A stretch of 64,000 bases of DNA from a bacterium (GTDB lineage: Bacteria; UBA8248). The first letter of the stretch is position 1; each line of letters opens with the position of its first letter. Of the stretch, positions 39,253 through 49,636 are shown one piece after another. Location: NCBI GenBank assembly GCA_965200245.1, contig CBDATS010000005.1:160001-224000 (forward strand), written 5' to 3'. The notes below the pieces were generated by a model. It worked only from the letters and a program-made list of their open reading frames with translations, was not told where the DNA came from and made no database searches. The translations under genes and the position numbers were made by a program.

Positions 39253-39513
39253 ATGGCGCTTCTCAATTGCCCCGAATGCGGGGGACTCCTGAGTACAGAA
39301 GCCGTCTCCTGCCCGCACTGCGGCTATCCGCTGAAAAAAAGCGGAATCGGCAGCGTATTTCACGCCATCGCCCAGATACCGTGCTTCATTGCGGGCCTGA
39401 TTCTCATCTTCATCGCGCTGTTTTTCGGTCTCGTTCTCCTGGACGTCTATTACTTCCACGGCCTCATTCACCGGTTGCTCGGCCTCGAAAACGAAGTCAT
39501 CACCCGGTTCTAG
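39253..39513 (+). CDS. Small zinc-ribbon membrane protein
   Basis: MALLNCPECG...SCPHCGYPL followed by one TM helix. Confidence 0.75.
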   Translation: MALLNCPECGGLLSTEAVSCPHCGYPLKKSGIGSVFHAIAQIPCFIAGLILIFIALFFGLVLLDVYYFHGLIHRLLGLENEVITRF

Positions 39514-39545
39514 GGGAATTTCGCGCCCTTGGCAGCCCTCCCCGG

Positions 39546-40844
39546 TCAGTTCATGAGCATGCGCGGGAGCCAGAGCACGAGTTCAGGGAAGATGATCGTC
39601 AGGACGACGACGATGAGGGATAAGAGGATATAGGGAATCGCCAGGACGGCCAGCCGCTCGAAAGGCAACCCGGTGACGGGTATGAGCGCGTAGAGCACCA
39701 TTCCGACCGGAGGCGTGAGCAGGCCTATCGTCAGGGCGACCGTCATCACCACCCCGAAATGGATGGGGTCGATTCCGAATTTCTCTGCCGTGGGCAACAG
39801 GATCGGTGTCAGGATGAGGATAGCGGGGGTTTCCGCCATGAAGCATCCGACAATCATCCACAATATCGTGAAAAGAAATAACAGGAGCGTCGGGTCGTTA
39901 GTGATTTGCGTGATCAGGGCGGCCAGGGCGTCTGGCACCTGTCCGCGAATCATCACGACGCCGAACGCCGAGGTGAAGGCGATGACCAGCATGATGACGG
40001 CCGTATCGATCATCGTTCCCTTGATCTCGCGCATCAGGTGACGCCAGCCGTATTCCCTGTAGAAGAGTAGTCCCAGCACCATCGCGTAGAACGCCGCAAC
40101 GGCGGCCGCCTCGGTCGGTGTGAAGATACCCCCGTAAATGCCGCCGATGATGATCACGGGCGTCATGAGCGGCAAAAAAGCGTTCCGGAAAGAAACGAGA
40201 AGCTCTCGGATTCCCGCGAGGGATCCTGAAGGATAGTTACCCCTCCGAGCGCGATAGCTTACGTAGAGGATGAAACAGATCGCCATCAACGTTCCGGGGA
40301 TGACGCCGCCCAGAAACAGCGAACCGATGGATTCTTCCGCGATGACGCCGTAGGCCACGAGCGGGATGCTCGGGGGGATGATGGGCCCGATGAGGGAAGA
40401 AGCGGCCGTTATCCCTGCACTGAAGTCCCTGTCGTAGCCCTCCTGCAGCATCGCGCGCATTTCCACCGTGCCGAGTCCCACGGCATCGGCTGTCGCCGCA
40501 CCCGACATGCCTGCGAAGATAATGCTCGCCAGCACGTTCGCGTGCCCGAGTCCTCCCTTCAAAGGACGCGAGACGACGCTCACGAAACCGAAAAGCCTTT
40601 CCGTGATCCCGCCCATGTTCATGAGCCTGCCCGTCAGGAGAAAGAACGGGATGGCCAGCAGGAGAAAGTTGTTGATCTTGGCAAACGCCAGCCTGGCGAT
40701 CATCGAAGAGGTACGCGGGTCCAGAAAATCGCCGAAAAAATAGCCAGCGCCCACCATGGAAACCGCGCCCGCGCCGAATCCCACAGGAAAACCCAACATG
40801 ATCAAGACGACGAGAGAGAAAGCCAAAAAAGCGTAAGCGGCCAT
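39546..40844 (-). CDS. dctM: TRAP transporter large permease
   Basis: LLAIPFF, FAGMSGAATAD, IIPPSIP, FTPTEAAA, GLLTPPVG. Confidence 0.95.
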   Translation of the reverse strand: MAAYAFLAFSLVVLIMLGFPVGFGAGAVSMVGAGYFFGDFLDPRTSSMIARLAFAKINNFLLLAIPFFLLTGRLMNMGGITERLFGFVSVVSRPLKGGLGHANVLASIIFAGMSGAATADAVGLGTVEMRAMLQEGYDRDFSAGITAASSLIGPIIPPSIPLVAYGVIAEESIGSLFLGGVIPGTLMAICFILYVSYRARRGNYPSGSLAGIRELLVSFRNAFLPLMTPVIIIGGIYGGIFTPTEAAAVAAFYAMVLGLLFYREYGWRHLMREIKGTMIDTAVIMLVIAFTSAFGVVMIRGQVPDALAALITQITNDPTLLLFLFTILWMIVGCFMAETPAILILTPILLPTAEKFGIDPIHFGVVMTVALTIGLLTPPVGMVLYALIPVTGLPFERLAVLAIPYILLSLIVVVLTIIFPELVLWLPRMLMN

Positions 40845-40846
40845 CG

Positions 40847-41407
40847 TTATCCGGTTTCCTTCGTGCCGTCAGTTTCTGAAAACAAGGTTTTCAGGCTCTC
40901 TCCGAACCCGATGAGGACGTAAAGTATGGTCAACGCGATGGCGACACACTCAATGAGGTAGAGATACCCCGTGCGCAGCCAGGAGATGGCTATCATGTAG
41001 GATTCCCAAGTGACGGAGACCATCGCCGCAGCACCGCGCAGTAAAAAAACGAGGAAAACCAGGATAACAACATCGAAGAGTATCCGCACAATGGCACGGG
41101 GGCGGGTCGGAAGTCGGTTGAAGAGAAAATCGACGACGATGTGGCGCTTTTCGGCGACGCCGATTGCTATCCCCAGGAACACGCTCGTGATGAAGAGGAT
41201 TCTCGCCAGTTCTTCAGTCCAGTCGACGGAGATCGCCAACTTTCGGAAGAGAATCTGCGCCCAGGTCGAGAGCAGCATCCCACAGAAGCCGACGAGGGAG
41301 ACGCCCGTTACGAGATGGTTCACGCTTCTGAGCATTCCCCTGGGTGGACGTGAAGTCACGAGACCGGAATCCCCCGTATGGATAGACTCAGAAGAAAAAC
41401 CAGACAA
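40847..41407 (-). CDS. dctQ: TRAP transporter small permease
   Basis: Four TM helices, WTEELARI, HIVVD. Lies between dctP and dctM. Start uncertain. Confidence 0.88.
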   Translation of the reverse strand: MSGFSSESIHTGDSGLVTSRPPRGMLRSVNHLVTGVSLVGFCGMLLSTWAQILFRKLAISVDWTEELARILFITSVFLGIAIGVAEKRHIVVDFLFNRLPTRPRAIVRILFDVVILVFLVFLLRGAAAMVSVTWESYMIAISWLRTGYLYLIECVAIALTILYVLIGFGESLKTLFSETDGTKETG

Positions 41408-41409
41408 TC

Positions 41410-41447
41410 CTCCGGCACCCCGTGAACCCGATCACGAGGCGCCGGAG
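41410..41447 (-). terminator. Stem-loop downstream of dctP
   Basis: CTCCGGCACCCCGTGA / TCACGAGGCGCCGGAG inverted repeat, with G-U pairs on the minus strand. Confidence 0.55.
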
Positions 41448-41464
41448 AGATTCAAGTGGATGCG

Positions 41465-42451
41465 TTACTTCGCCTGTTTGGCGATGTCACTGAGCAGTCC
41501 GGGACGGCACTTCTCCTTCGCGAACTGTTTCACAATTGGCTCGGCGATTTTCTGGAAGGCCGCGACGTTGGGTTTTACGACCTTCATTCCCTTGGCCTTG
41601 AGCTTCGCCTCGACATCGGCGAAGGACTTCCAGACGGCGTCGGTCATCCAATCGATAGCTTTCTTCGCTTCCTCATCGAAGATTTTCTTGTGCCCGGCCT
41701 TCAGGGACTTGTAGAACCCGTTATTGGCCGAAACGACGAAATAGCTCCAAACGTGGCCCGTGAGGTTCAGGTATTTCTGCACTTCGTAGAAGTTCGATCC
41801 GTAGATGGTTCCGAGTGGGTTCTCCTGTGCCTCCACCGTTCCGGTTTGCAGCGCGCCGTAAAGTTCCTTGAACGACATCGGCACGGGGTTTGCGCCAAAG
41901 GCCTTAAACACGCGCTGGCGCAGCTTATTCGTAATGCGCACCTTGATGCCCTTCATGTCCGAGGGGTTTTTGACGGGCACTTTCGAGGTGAGGTTTCGCG
42001 CCCCGCGGTGCCCGACGCCTACGATCCGAATGTTGTGCTTTTTCTGAAGTACGGAACTCACCTCTTTTCCAAGCGGCCCATTCCATACCCGGAGTCCATG
42101 ATTGCCGTCACTGTAGACGAACTCGGCCTCCATGCACTGATATTCCTTCACGAGGTGGTGCACTACGACCGGCCCCGCCACATGCAGCTGAATCTCGTTC
42201 GTTCCCAATTGTTGCAGCAACTGCTTGTCGCCGCCCAGGGCGCCGCCCGCGATGATCTGCATGTCGAGTTCACCTTTCGAACGCGCCCGCATGGCGTCGG
42301 CCCAGCGTTGCATGGCCTGCACACTGAACTCCTTGGTGCTGTTCGTGGTACCCAGCGTGAATTTCACCTTCGCGGCATCCGCGAAGGGGGCGATGAGTGC
42401 CACACAAACAAAGAATACAACAATCGCAAAACCGGTTTTCAACCAATCCAT
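41465..42451 (-). CDS. dctP: TRAP transporter substrate-binding protein
   Basis: Signal peptide, GALGGD, GARN, DMKGIKVR, GANPVPMSFKELYGALQTGTVEAQENP, EVQKY. Confidence 0.95.
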   Translation of the reverse strand: MDWLKTGFAIVVFFVCVALIAPFADAAKVKFTLGTTNSTKEFSVQAMQRWADAMRARSKGELDMQIIAGGALGGDKQLLQQLGTNEIQLHVAGPVVVHHLVKEYQCMEAEFVYSDGNHGLRVWNGPLGKEVSSVLQKKHNIRIVGVGHRGARNLTSKVPVKNPSDMKGIKVRITNKLRQRVFKAFGANPVPMSFKELYGALQTGTVEAQENPLGTIYGSNFYEVQKYLNLTGHVWSYFVVSANNGFYKSLKAGHKKIFDEEAKKAIDWMTDAVWKSFADVEAKLKAKGMKVVKPNVAAFQKIAEPIVKQFAKEKCRPGLLSDIAKQAK

Positions 42452-42707
42452 TCGACGTCCCTCCCTTGAGTAGTATCGTCAACAGTCCAACTTCACGCCA
42501 GAAGATCGACGAAACGGTCAAAAGTACTCGTCGCTCAGAAAACAGGTCACTTCTTCACAGGATAGGACAATGATCACAAGAATCTTCCCAGAAATCAAGC
42601 CGGGCACGCTCACGCGATCCTTCACGTGAACCTGTCTGGCGCTTGTTCCTGGCCGCTTGAATCGCTAAGCTGGCGCTTCGTTTCGTCACGGGCAGGCAGG
42701 GGACATT

Positions 42708-43454
42708 TTGGAATACTCGGCGCATGAACTGTTCGCGGTCGGGATCGCCGCCTTTTTCGTCGGTTTTCTGAAAACCACATTCAGTTCCGGTATCGGCATC
42801 CTGCTCGTCCCGATTATGATCATCTTCTGGCCCACGAGATTCATCATCGGCATCGTGGCCGTTGTAATGTGGGTGACAGATTTTTTCGCCATCCCCATGT
42901 TCTGGAAGCAATGGGAGGGGCGCTTTCTGCGCTTCTTGGTACCGGGTTTCTACATCGGCATCCTGCTCGGCGTCTATGCACTGGTGAACCTGCCCGATTA
43001 CTGGCTGAGAAAGGGTATCGGCCTTGCCTGCGTCATCTTCGCAGGGCTACTCATGTGGAGGGAAACCCGCGGAGATATGGTACCCCCGCGCATCGGCATC
43101 CCTGGAGGAGTGGGAATCGGGATCGGCGGCGGCATCATCAGTGCCATGTTCCACTCGGGAGGCCTCGTCTTGAGTCTTTTCTTCATCAGCCAGGGTCTCT
43201 CCAAGACCGCGGTGGTGGCGAGCATCCTCGGCACGTGGTTCTGGGTGAACCCATTCAAGGTCTCCTCTCTTTGGGTCGGGGGCGTGGTGAAGACGCATAT
43301 GCTCGTGGCGGGCGCCCTCGCCTTCCCCCTGGCGTGGGCCGGAAGCTGGTGCGGCAAGCAGACGCTCCGTAAAATTCCCCAGAAAGGATTCACCTACATT
43401 CTCCTGCTCTTATCCCTCATCACGGCCCTGCGCCTTCTTCTGGAGTCCAACTAA
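42708..43454 (+). CDS. TauE/SafE family exporter (copy 1)
   Basis: About 8 TM helices, GFLKTTFSSGIGILLVP, GGIISAMFHSGG, VNPFKV. Confidence 0.82.
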   Translation: MEYSAHELFAVGIAAFFVGFLKTTFSSGIGILLVPIMIIFWPTRFIIGIVAVVMWVTDFFAIPMFWKQWEGRFLRFLVPGFYIGILLGVYALVNLPDYWLRKGIGLACVIFAGLLMWRETRGDMVPPRIGIPGGVGIGIGGGIISAMFHSGGLVLSLFFISQGLSKTAVVASILGTWFWVNPFKVSSLWVGGVVKTHMLVAGALAFPLAWAGSWCGKQTLRKIPQKGFTYILLLLSLITALRLLLESN

Positions 43455-44204
43455 GTGATGCCTGACTTCTCTTGGGTCGAGTGGGGCTTCGTTCTCGCAG
43501 CGGCGTTTTGCAGCGGCTTTTTGGTGCGCACGTTCGGGGCGGGTGTGGGGCTGGTGATCACTCCCTTCCTCATCTTCGCTTTCTCGCCCTCTTTTTCACT
43601 GGGCCTCATCGCGCTGTTCAGTTGCTGGTCGAGCCTGGGTGCGGCACCCGATTTCTGGGGAAAATGGAACCTGCGATACGTGCTCATCCTGGCGCCTGGC
43701 ATCCTCATCGGGTTGGCCTGCGGCGTCTGGCTACTCACCTGGCTTCCGGGCGAAGGACTCAAGCTCCTGATCGGAGCCATTTGTTTCTCGCTCGCCTCCT
43801 ATCAGGCACTCATCGAGCTAAGGGGCAAACCCTTCGAGATACCTCCACTTCCTTTATGGCAAGGCGGGGGCTTCGGCGTCATGAGCGGACTTTGCTCCTC
43901 ACTCGCCAACAGCGGGGCCATTTTCCTGACCCCGGTCCTAATCAGCCAGCGACTGGAAAAGCTCACCCTGGTCAGCACGATATGGGCGCTCTACGCGGTG
44001 ATGAACCCCATCAAGGTAGTCGCCTTCTGGCAGGTGTCCGTCGTGAACATGGATACGATATGGGCGAGCGTGCTCGGCCTGCCCGTGTTGTGGTTGGGCA
44101 TCAAGACCGGCGCATGGGTGCAGGCAAAACTGAGCGGGCGCACATTCAACCTGTGCGTACTGAGCATCGCGCTTGGCGGTTCGATACGCCTCATCCTGTT
44201 CTGA
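43455..44204 (+). CDS. TauE/SafE family exporter (copy 2)
   Basis: SGFLVRTFGAGVGLVITP, SGLCSSLANSGA, MNPIKV. Starts immediately after copy 1. Confidence 0.82.
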   Translation: MMPDFSWVEWGFVLAAAFCSGFLVRTFGAGVGLVITPFLIFAFSPSFSLGLIALFSCWSSLGAAPDFWGKWNLRYVLILAPGILIGLACGVWLLTWLPGEGLKLLIGAICFSLASYQALIELRGKPFEIPPLPLWQGGGFGVMSGLCSSLANSGAIFLTPVLISQRLEKLTLVSTIWALYAVMNPIKVVAFWQVSVVNMDTIWASVLGLPVLWLGIKTGAWVQAKLSGRTFNLCVLSIALGGSIRLILF

Positions 44205-44259
44205 TTCACAGCCTCTCATACTCTCGTGCTAAGATGACGGAAATTCTCGGGGAGTGACC

Positions 44260-45378
44260 ATGATGAGCACAACACCACAAGCTGCGAAAACGCCCCTGCC
44301 AGTCTCGGAAACCAGCCTCGGGATGGTAGATGTCGACATCCACCACATACCCCCTTCGCTCGACGCCCTGCTGCCCTACCTGCCCATCGTCTGGCGAAAC
44401 TACGTGGAGGAAACCGATTATACCAAGCTGCCGAACGCCCCGTATCCCAAGACAGCGGGCGGCGGCGTGCGCAAGGACGCCATTCCGCCGGCTGGCGGAC
44501 CGGCCGGCTCCAGTCTTGAAATGCTGCAAGAGCAGGTGCTGGACGCCTACGGAGCAAGCTACGGGATATTGAACGGTGCATACTACAATGTCTCTTTCAT
44601 GGGCATTCCCGAGTTCGGTGCGGCCCTGGCAAGTGCGCACAACGACTGGACTATCGAGCACTGGCTCGAAAAGGACGAGCGCCTGAGAGGCGCCATCACC
44701 GTCTCGCATCAGGACCCCCGGCACGCCGTGGACGAAATCAAGCGCGTCGGTGAGCGCGCCGACATGGTACAGGTGCTCTTCCCGGCGGGTTCGCACGCCC
44801 CTTACGGCCAGCGAAAATATCACCCAATCTACGCCGCCGCAGAGGACCGCGGACTGCCCATCGGAATCCATTTCGGTGGCACGGGCGCCGGCAACGCACC
44901 GCCACCCACGGCTTCGGGCTGGCCCACCTACTACATCGAGTGGCACACGGCGATGAGCCAGGCCTTCATGACTCACGTGGTGAGTTTCATTTGCGAGGGC
45001 GTGTTCGAGTTTTTCCCCCGCCTCAAGGTCGTGTTGATCGAGGGAGGCCTCTCCTGGCTCCCGGGACTGCTCTGGCGTCTGGACAAGAACTACCGGGGCA
45101 TGCACGCGGAAGTCCCCTGGCTCAAGAAGCTGCCGAGCGAATATTTTTACGAACACTTCCGGGTGACGAGCCAGCCCATCGAGGAACCCGACAGGGATGA
45201 ACACCTGCTTCAAATATTCGATATGGTACACGCCGACAGGATTCTTCTATTCGCCACCGATTACCCCCACTGGGATTTCGACTCCCCCGTCCACGCCCTC
45301 CCGAGCCGTGTGGCCCCCGACCTTCGCGCGCGCATCATGCGCGACAACGCGATGGAGTTGTACGGGTTTGGGGGTTAG
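44260..45378 (+). CDS. Amidohydrolase_2 family protein
   Basis: [34 protein letters not shown]. Confidence 0.9.
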   Translation: MMSTTPQAAKTPLPVSETSLGMVDVDIHHIPPSLDALLPYLPIVWRNYVEETDYTKLPNAPYPKTAGGGVRKDAIPPAGGPAGSSLEMLQEQVLDAYGASYGILNGAYYNVSFMGIPEFGAALASAHNDWTIEHWLEKDERLRGAITVSHQDPRHAVDEIKRVGERADMVQVLFPAGSHAPYGQRKYHPIYAAAEDRGLPIGIHFGGTGAGNAPPPTASGWPTYYIEWHTAMSQAFMTHVVSFICEGVFEFFPRLKVVLIEGGLSWLPGLLWRLDKNYRGMHAEVPWLKKLPSEYFYEHFRVTSQPIEEPDRDEHLLQIFDMVHADRILLFATDYPHWDFDSPVHALPSRVAPDLRARIMRDNAMELYGFGG

Positions 45379-45480
45379 GTGGGATTTTGACTGGGGTCGG
45401 TGCGTGAAATATATTGCGGGGCAATATGTGTGCTCGCAACTCCGTTCTCGATCTCTGAAAAGTCTCCAAGGGAGGTTTTC

Positions 45481-46887
45481 ATGACGGATAGAACCAACGA
45501 AAAACCACTCGACCTGCTCGTTACTGGCGGCACGGTCGTGACTGGCCACGGCAGGCAAGAGGCTTCACTCGGTGTCCGGGACGGGAGGATCGCCTGCGTA
45601 GGCGCGCCAGAATGCATGCCCGCAGCCGGCGAAGTTCTGGACGTATCGGGCAAACTCGTTCTTCCAGGCGTCATCGACCCCCACGTCCATTTCCGGGCGT
45701 ATTCCAGCCACATCGATTCCCTCGCCGACGTTGCTCGCAGCGCCGCGCACGGGGGAGTCACGACCATGATCGCCTTCGCCACAGGCGAGGAGAACGAGAC
45801 CATGCTCACCACGCTGCGGCGCATCCGTGAGGAAGGTGAAGCACAGAGCGTGGTTGACTTCTCGCTGCACGCCTGGATATTCGAGGACTTCGACTACCTC
45901 GCAGAAATTCCCAAGGCCATCGAGGGCGGCGTCACGAGCTTCAAGGTCATGATGGGCTACCGGAAGCGGGGCCGCGGCCGCTGCATTCCGGACGATTACT
46001 TCTACGCCGCTCTCGATATCGTGGGACGACACGGCGGCATGGTGCTCGTACACGCAGAAAACGGTCTGGTAATCGACTATCTGGAAAACAAGGTCCTGGA
46101 CGTAAAAATGGACGGCGCTGATTTTCTGGATTCTTCGCGCCCGCCCGAACTGGAAGCCGAATCTGTTGCGAAATCGATTCGTCTGGCCGAGCTGGCCGGT
46201 TGTCCGCTCTATATCGTTCACTTGACGGCGGAGCTGGCGCTCGATGAAGCACGGCGTGGGCTGGCGGCCGGCAGGGACATTGTCGTGGAAACCTGCCCGC
46301 AGTACCTGACCCGAACCGGGGAGGCCGTGCGGGAGATGGGCGCCTTGGCCAAGGTTGCGCCTCCGCTACGGACGGAAGCAGATGTCTCGGCACTTTGGCA
46401 AGGCATAGAAGAGGGATGGATCCACCTCATCGGGAGCGATCATGCACCCTACACAAAGGCACAGAAAACCGATCCGCCCTTTATAGAAGCTCCCTTCGGG
46501 GCTCCCGGCATCGAGACCCTGCTCCCCGTTATCTACAGCGAGGGCGTGGCGCGAGGAAGAATCTCGGAAGAGCGTCTTGTGCAACTCACAAGCGAGAATC
46601 CGGCGCGCGCCCTAGGCCTCTACCCGCAAAAAGGCACACTTCAAGTCGGATCGGACGCCGACCTCGTCGTGATCGACCCTGAAGGAAGTTCAACCTTGAC
46701 GGCGGTGGGACAGCACACGAATTCTGATTACACGCTGTTTGAGGGATGGGAACTGAGTGGCAAGATCGAACTCAGCCTCCTGCGCGGGAAACCACTCCTA
46801 AAAGACGGGGCACTCTTGCAGGAGCCGGGCTACGGCCAGTTCGTCCCGCGCGCCGCATCCGGTAGATCGGAGATAGCTTCGCCCTAG
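45481..46887 (+). CDS. Cyclic amidohydrolase (dihydropyrimidinase / hydantoinase / allantoinase family)
   Basis: PGVIDPHVH, GGVTT, SFKV (carboxylated Lys), VHAEN, IVHLT, ETCPQYL, APPLR, GSDHAP. Confidence 0.9.
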   Translation: MTDRTNEKPLDLLVTGGTVVTGHGRQEASLGVRDGRIACVGAPECMPAAGEVLDVSGKLVLPGVIDPHVHFRAYSSHIDSLADVARSAAHGGVTTMIAFATGEENETMLTTLRRIREEGEAQSVVDFSLHAWIFEDFDYLAEIPKAIEGGVTSFKVMMGYRKRGRGRCIPDDYFYAALDIVGRHGGMVLVHAENGLVIDYLENKVLDVKMDGADFLDSSRPPELEAESVAKSIRLAELAGCPLYIVHLTAELALDEARRGLAAGRDIVVETCPQYLTRTGEAVREMGALAKVAPPLRTEADVSALWQGIEEGWIHLIGSDHAPYTKAQKTDPPFIEAPFGAPGIETLLPVIYSEGVARGRISEERLVQLTSENPARALGLYPQKGTLQVGSDADLVVIDPEGSSTLTAVGQHTNSDYTLFEGWELSGKIELSLLRGKPLLKDGALLQEPGYGQFVPRAASGRSEIASP

Positions 46888-47714
46888 AAATCGCCACCCT
46901 GGCGAGTTTCCATCATTCAGCCGGCAGGCTGATCCTGACGAATACGAATACTTCCCTCGCCTAGTGTGTTTTCCTAGCCACCCTTTTCGAAAAAGCGCCC
47001 AAGCCAGATGGTCACATCGGCAGCAACGTCTGCAAGTCACGCCCCATAGGCGATAAGGAACACAAAGAAGTTTGTGAGCTTTCCGTCGAACCTTCGAGAC
47101 TTGTTACATCAGGAGGGAATTCCTCCCTTCCTCCTTGCGAACAGTCAACTTTACCCTACAGTTCTCAAACTCCATTTTTTCCGGTCGCGCTTTCCATCCT
47201 GTCCATGATAACGATGTAAAAAGACAAGGCAAGAGCAGTCGCAACCCATTCCATCCGGACGTTCTATAGCTTCCCTTCATGGGTCAAGCCTGAATTTTGC
47301 TGGATGATTTTTGGCAGGTGAATCCGCTTCTTTGACAAGTAGTATTGACGTTTTGAAAACTCATATTTGTCAGAAAACATGGAAATTGACCGGTTAAGAA
47401 GCTATTGGGAATGATTTGAAACTCAGCCAGAGTGTACCCATGTCATCATCGCCCCAGAGTTCAACCTAGGCAGTATAGGCTCCGTTCTAACACTCTGCTC
47501 CATTCCCTGTGTTTTCCTGCCCGTTGTAGCGCGTTCACAAGCCGGGAACTCTGGGGGAATATAACCTTCGTCGCAACTTGGCGTCGAAGGTTTGCACACC
47601 GGGTGATGGGCAGACATGTTGCCTACCCACACGCAGGCTCTGACTGTACTCAACTGGCATGCCTCGCGAGTAAATCGTCTTGCAGCGCTGCTCAGGTAGA
47701 GAAGGAATTGATTC

Positions 47715-49178
47715 TCAAGTTTCGCTGATTGACTCGAAGCTACTCAGTGCGGAGCGAAGGTTCTCCACGATCTCAGCCGCGAGTACATCCGGCTCGGGCA
47801 AGTTGTCCAGATCGGTCACGGAAGCGTCCTTGAGCCAGAACACGTCCAAGCTGGCATTGTCTCTCCGAAGAAGGTCTTCGCGCGAGTAGGCGCGCCACCG
47901 TCCGTCCGGGGTGCCTTCGCTCCAGCTTTCCTTGCGGACATGGCGGTTCTCCGGATTGTAACGAGCGACAAAATCCTCAAGATGCGCATAGGTCAGCGGC
48001 TTCTGCTTGAGTGTGTGATGCACGTTGGCGCGGTAGTCGTAGTACCAGACCTTAGAAGTCTGCGGGTCGGGACTGGCTGGCCGGTTGTCGAGAAAGATGA
48101 CGTTCGCCTTGACGCCCTGGGCGTAGAAAACACCCGTCGGCAGCCGCAGGATCGTGTGCAGGTTGGTGGCGTGAAGCAGTTTCCGGCGAACGGTCTCGCC
48201 CGCGCCGCCCTCGAACAGTACATTGTCCGGCACCACGACGGCCGCGCGGCCGGTCGTCTTCAACATAGTCCGGATATGCTGGACGAAGTTCAGTTGCTTG
48301 TTCGACGTCGTCGCCCAGAAGTCCTGCCGGTTGTAGGTCAGGTCGTCGGTTTTCTGTTCGCCGTCGGCATTAGTGAAGCTCATCGAACTCTTCTTGCCGA
48401 ACGGCGGATTGGCGAAGACATAGTCGAACGTATTCGACGGAGGGAAGAGCAGGGCGTCGGCGGGCGAAATCGCCGCCTCTCCGGTCATCTCCTCGATCCC
48501 GTGCAGAAACATGTTCATCAGGCAGAGACGACGCGTCCCCGGCACTATCTCGTTGCCATGGAACGTCGCATACTTCAGGAACATCTTCTGTTCCTTGTCG
48601 AGCGCGTAATTCTGCAGGAAGTTGTGGGCGGCGAGGAAGAACCCGCCCGTTCCGCAGGCTGGGTCGGCTATGGTTTTGTCCGGTTGCGGACGCACGCACG
48701 CCACCATCGCACGGATCAGGGCCCGGGGCGTGAAATACTGGCCAGCACCGGATTTGGTGTCCTCGGCGTTCCGCTCCAGCAGTTCTTCGTAGATGTCTCC
48801 CTTTACATCTGCCCCGAGCACTACCCACTCGGTGCCGTCCACCATGTCGATCAGGCGGAAGAGCTTGGCCGGATCGGTGAGCTTGTTCTGTGCCTTGGCA
48901 AATATCTGTCCCAGCATGCCTGTTTGCTCCCCAAGCCTGCGGAGAAGCATGACGTAGTGTGCTTCGAGATCCGCGCCACGGCGGGTGGTGAGGCTGGTCC
49001 AGTCATAGCCTTCGGGGATTCCCACATCGCGGTTGTAGGGTGGCCGGGCGTATTCATCAGCCATCTTGAGAAAGATCAGGTAGGTCAGCTGCTCAAGGTA
49101 GTCGCCGTATCCAACACCGTCGTCACGCAACGTGGTGCAGAAACTCCAGACCTTCGAGACGATGGGAGCAGTGTTCAT
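47715..49178 (-). CDS. hsdM: Type I restriction-modification N6-adenine methyltransferase
   Basis: YLEQLTYLIFLKM, GAGQYFTPR, DPACGTGGF, NPPF, PDNVLF. Confidence 0.96.
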   Translation of the reverse strand: MNTAPIVSKVWSFCTTLRDDGVGYGDYLEQLTYLIFLKMADEYARPPYNRDVGIPEGYDWTSLTTRRGADLEAHYVMLLRRLGEQTGMLGQIFAKAQNKLTDPAKLFRLIDMVDGTEWVVLGADVKGDIYEELLERNAEDTKSGAGQYFTPRALIRAMVACVRPQPDKTIADPACGTGGFFLAAHNFLQNYALDKEQKMFLKYATFHGNEIVPGTRRLCLMNMFLHGIEEMTGEAAISPADALLFPPSNTFDYVFANPPFGKKSSMSFTNADGEQKTDDLTYNRQDFWATTSNKQLNFVQHIRTMLKTTGRAAVVVPDNVLFEGGAGETVRRKLLHATNLHTILRLPTGVFYAQGVKANVIFLDNRPASPDPQTSKVWYYDYRANVHHTLKQKPLTYAHLEDFVARYNPENRHVRKESWSEGTPDGRWRAYSREDLLRRDNASLDVFWLKDASVTDLDNLPEPDVLAAEIVENLRSALSSFESISET

Positions 49179-49636
49179 CGCTTGATCTCATGTATGAGCA
49201 GTTTGCCGCCGATGCTGTCTAGTTCCCAACACTCCACATCCAGCGGGATCATATGGACTTGCGTTCTAATGAAGTAAGTCAGCAGGCTTTCATTCCGACC
49301 GGGCCGCATGCTTTTTTCGACAAGGAATATCTTCCTGTATTCCTCCGGTGCCATATGAAAATAGAACATGGCTTCGGCCCAGTTCTTCAACTTGGCGCTA
49401 GGCACGTTCCCGCCAGAAGTCCAGGTATGCGACTTGCACTCGACGATCACTTTGGGGTTTTCGGATCCGAGGTCGAAGGAATGATCCTTTTTCTCAACAC
49501 CTAACCCACACGAAACCTTATGTTTGGGATGCAGCCTTAGTCCGCGATTGGCGAACAGGGCCTTCTGCGCCCGTTCCTCGAATGCTCGACCGACATGAAA
49601 GTTGCTGGTCGCTCCGTCTCTTTGAAAATTGTTCAT
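49175..49636 (-). CDS. Uncharacterised small PD-(D/E)XK nuclease-like protein embedded in the hsd operon
   Basis: GRAFEE...HSFDLG...IVECKS fits the E..D..ExK pattern. ATGA overlaps with both hsdS (49633-36) and hsdM (49175-78). Confidence 0.75.
   Translation of the reverse strand: MNNFQRDGATSNFHVGRAFEERAQKALFANRGLRLHPKHKVSCGLGVEKKDHSFDLGSENPKVIVECKSHTWTSGGNVPSAKLKNWAEAMFYFHMAPEEYRKIFLVEKSMRPGRNESLLTYFIRTQVHMIPLDVECWELDSIGGKLLIHEIKR

Noticed and set aside
46890-47710. Possible ncRNA or small genes in the AT-rich gap
   Set aside because: Only short ORFs without motifs and no recognisable RNA structure or repeat. Treated as degenerate DNA.
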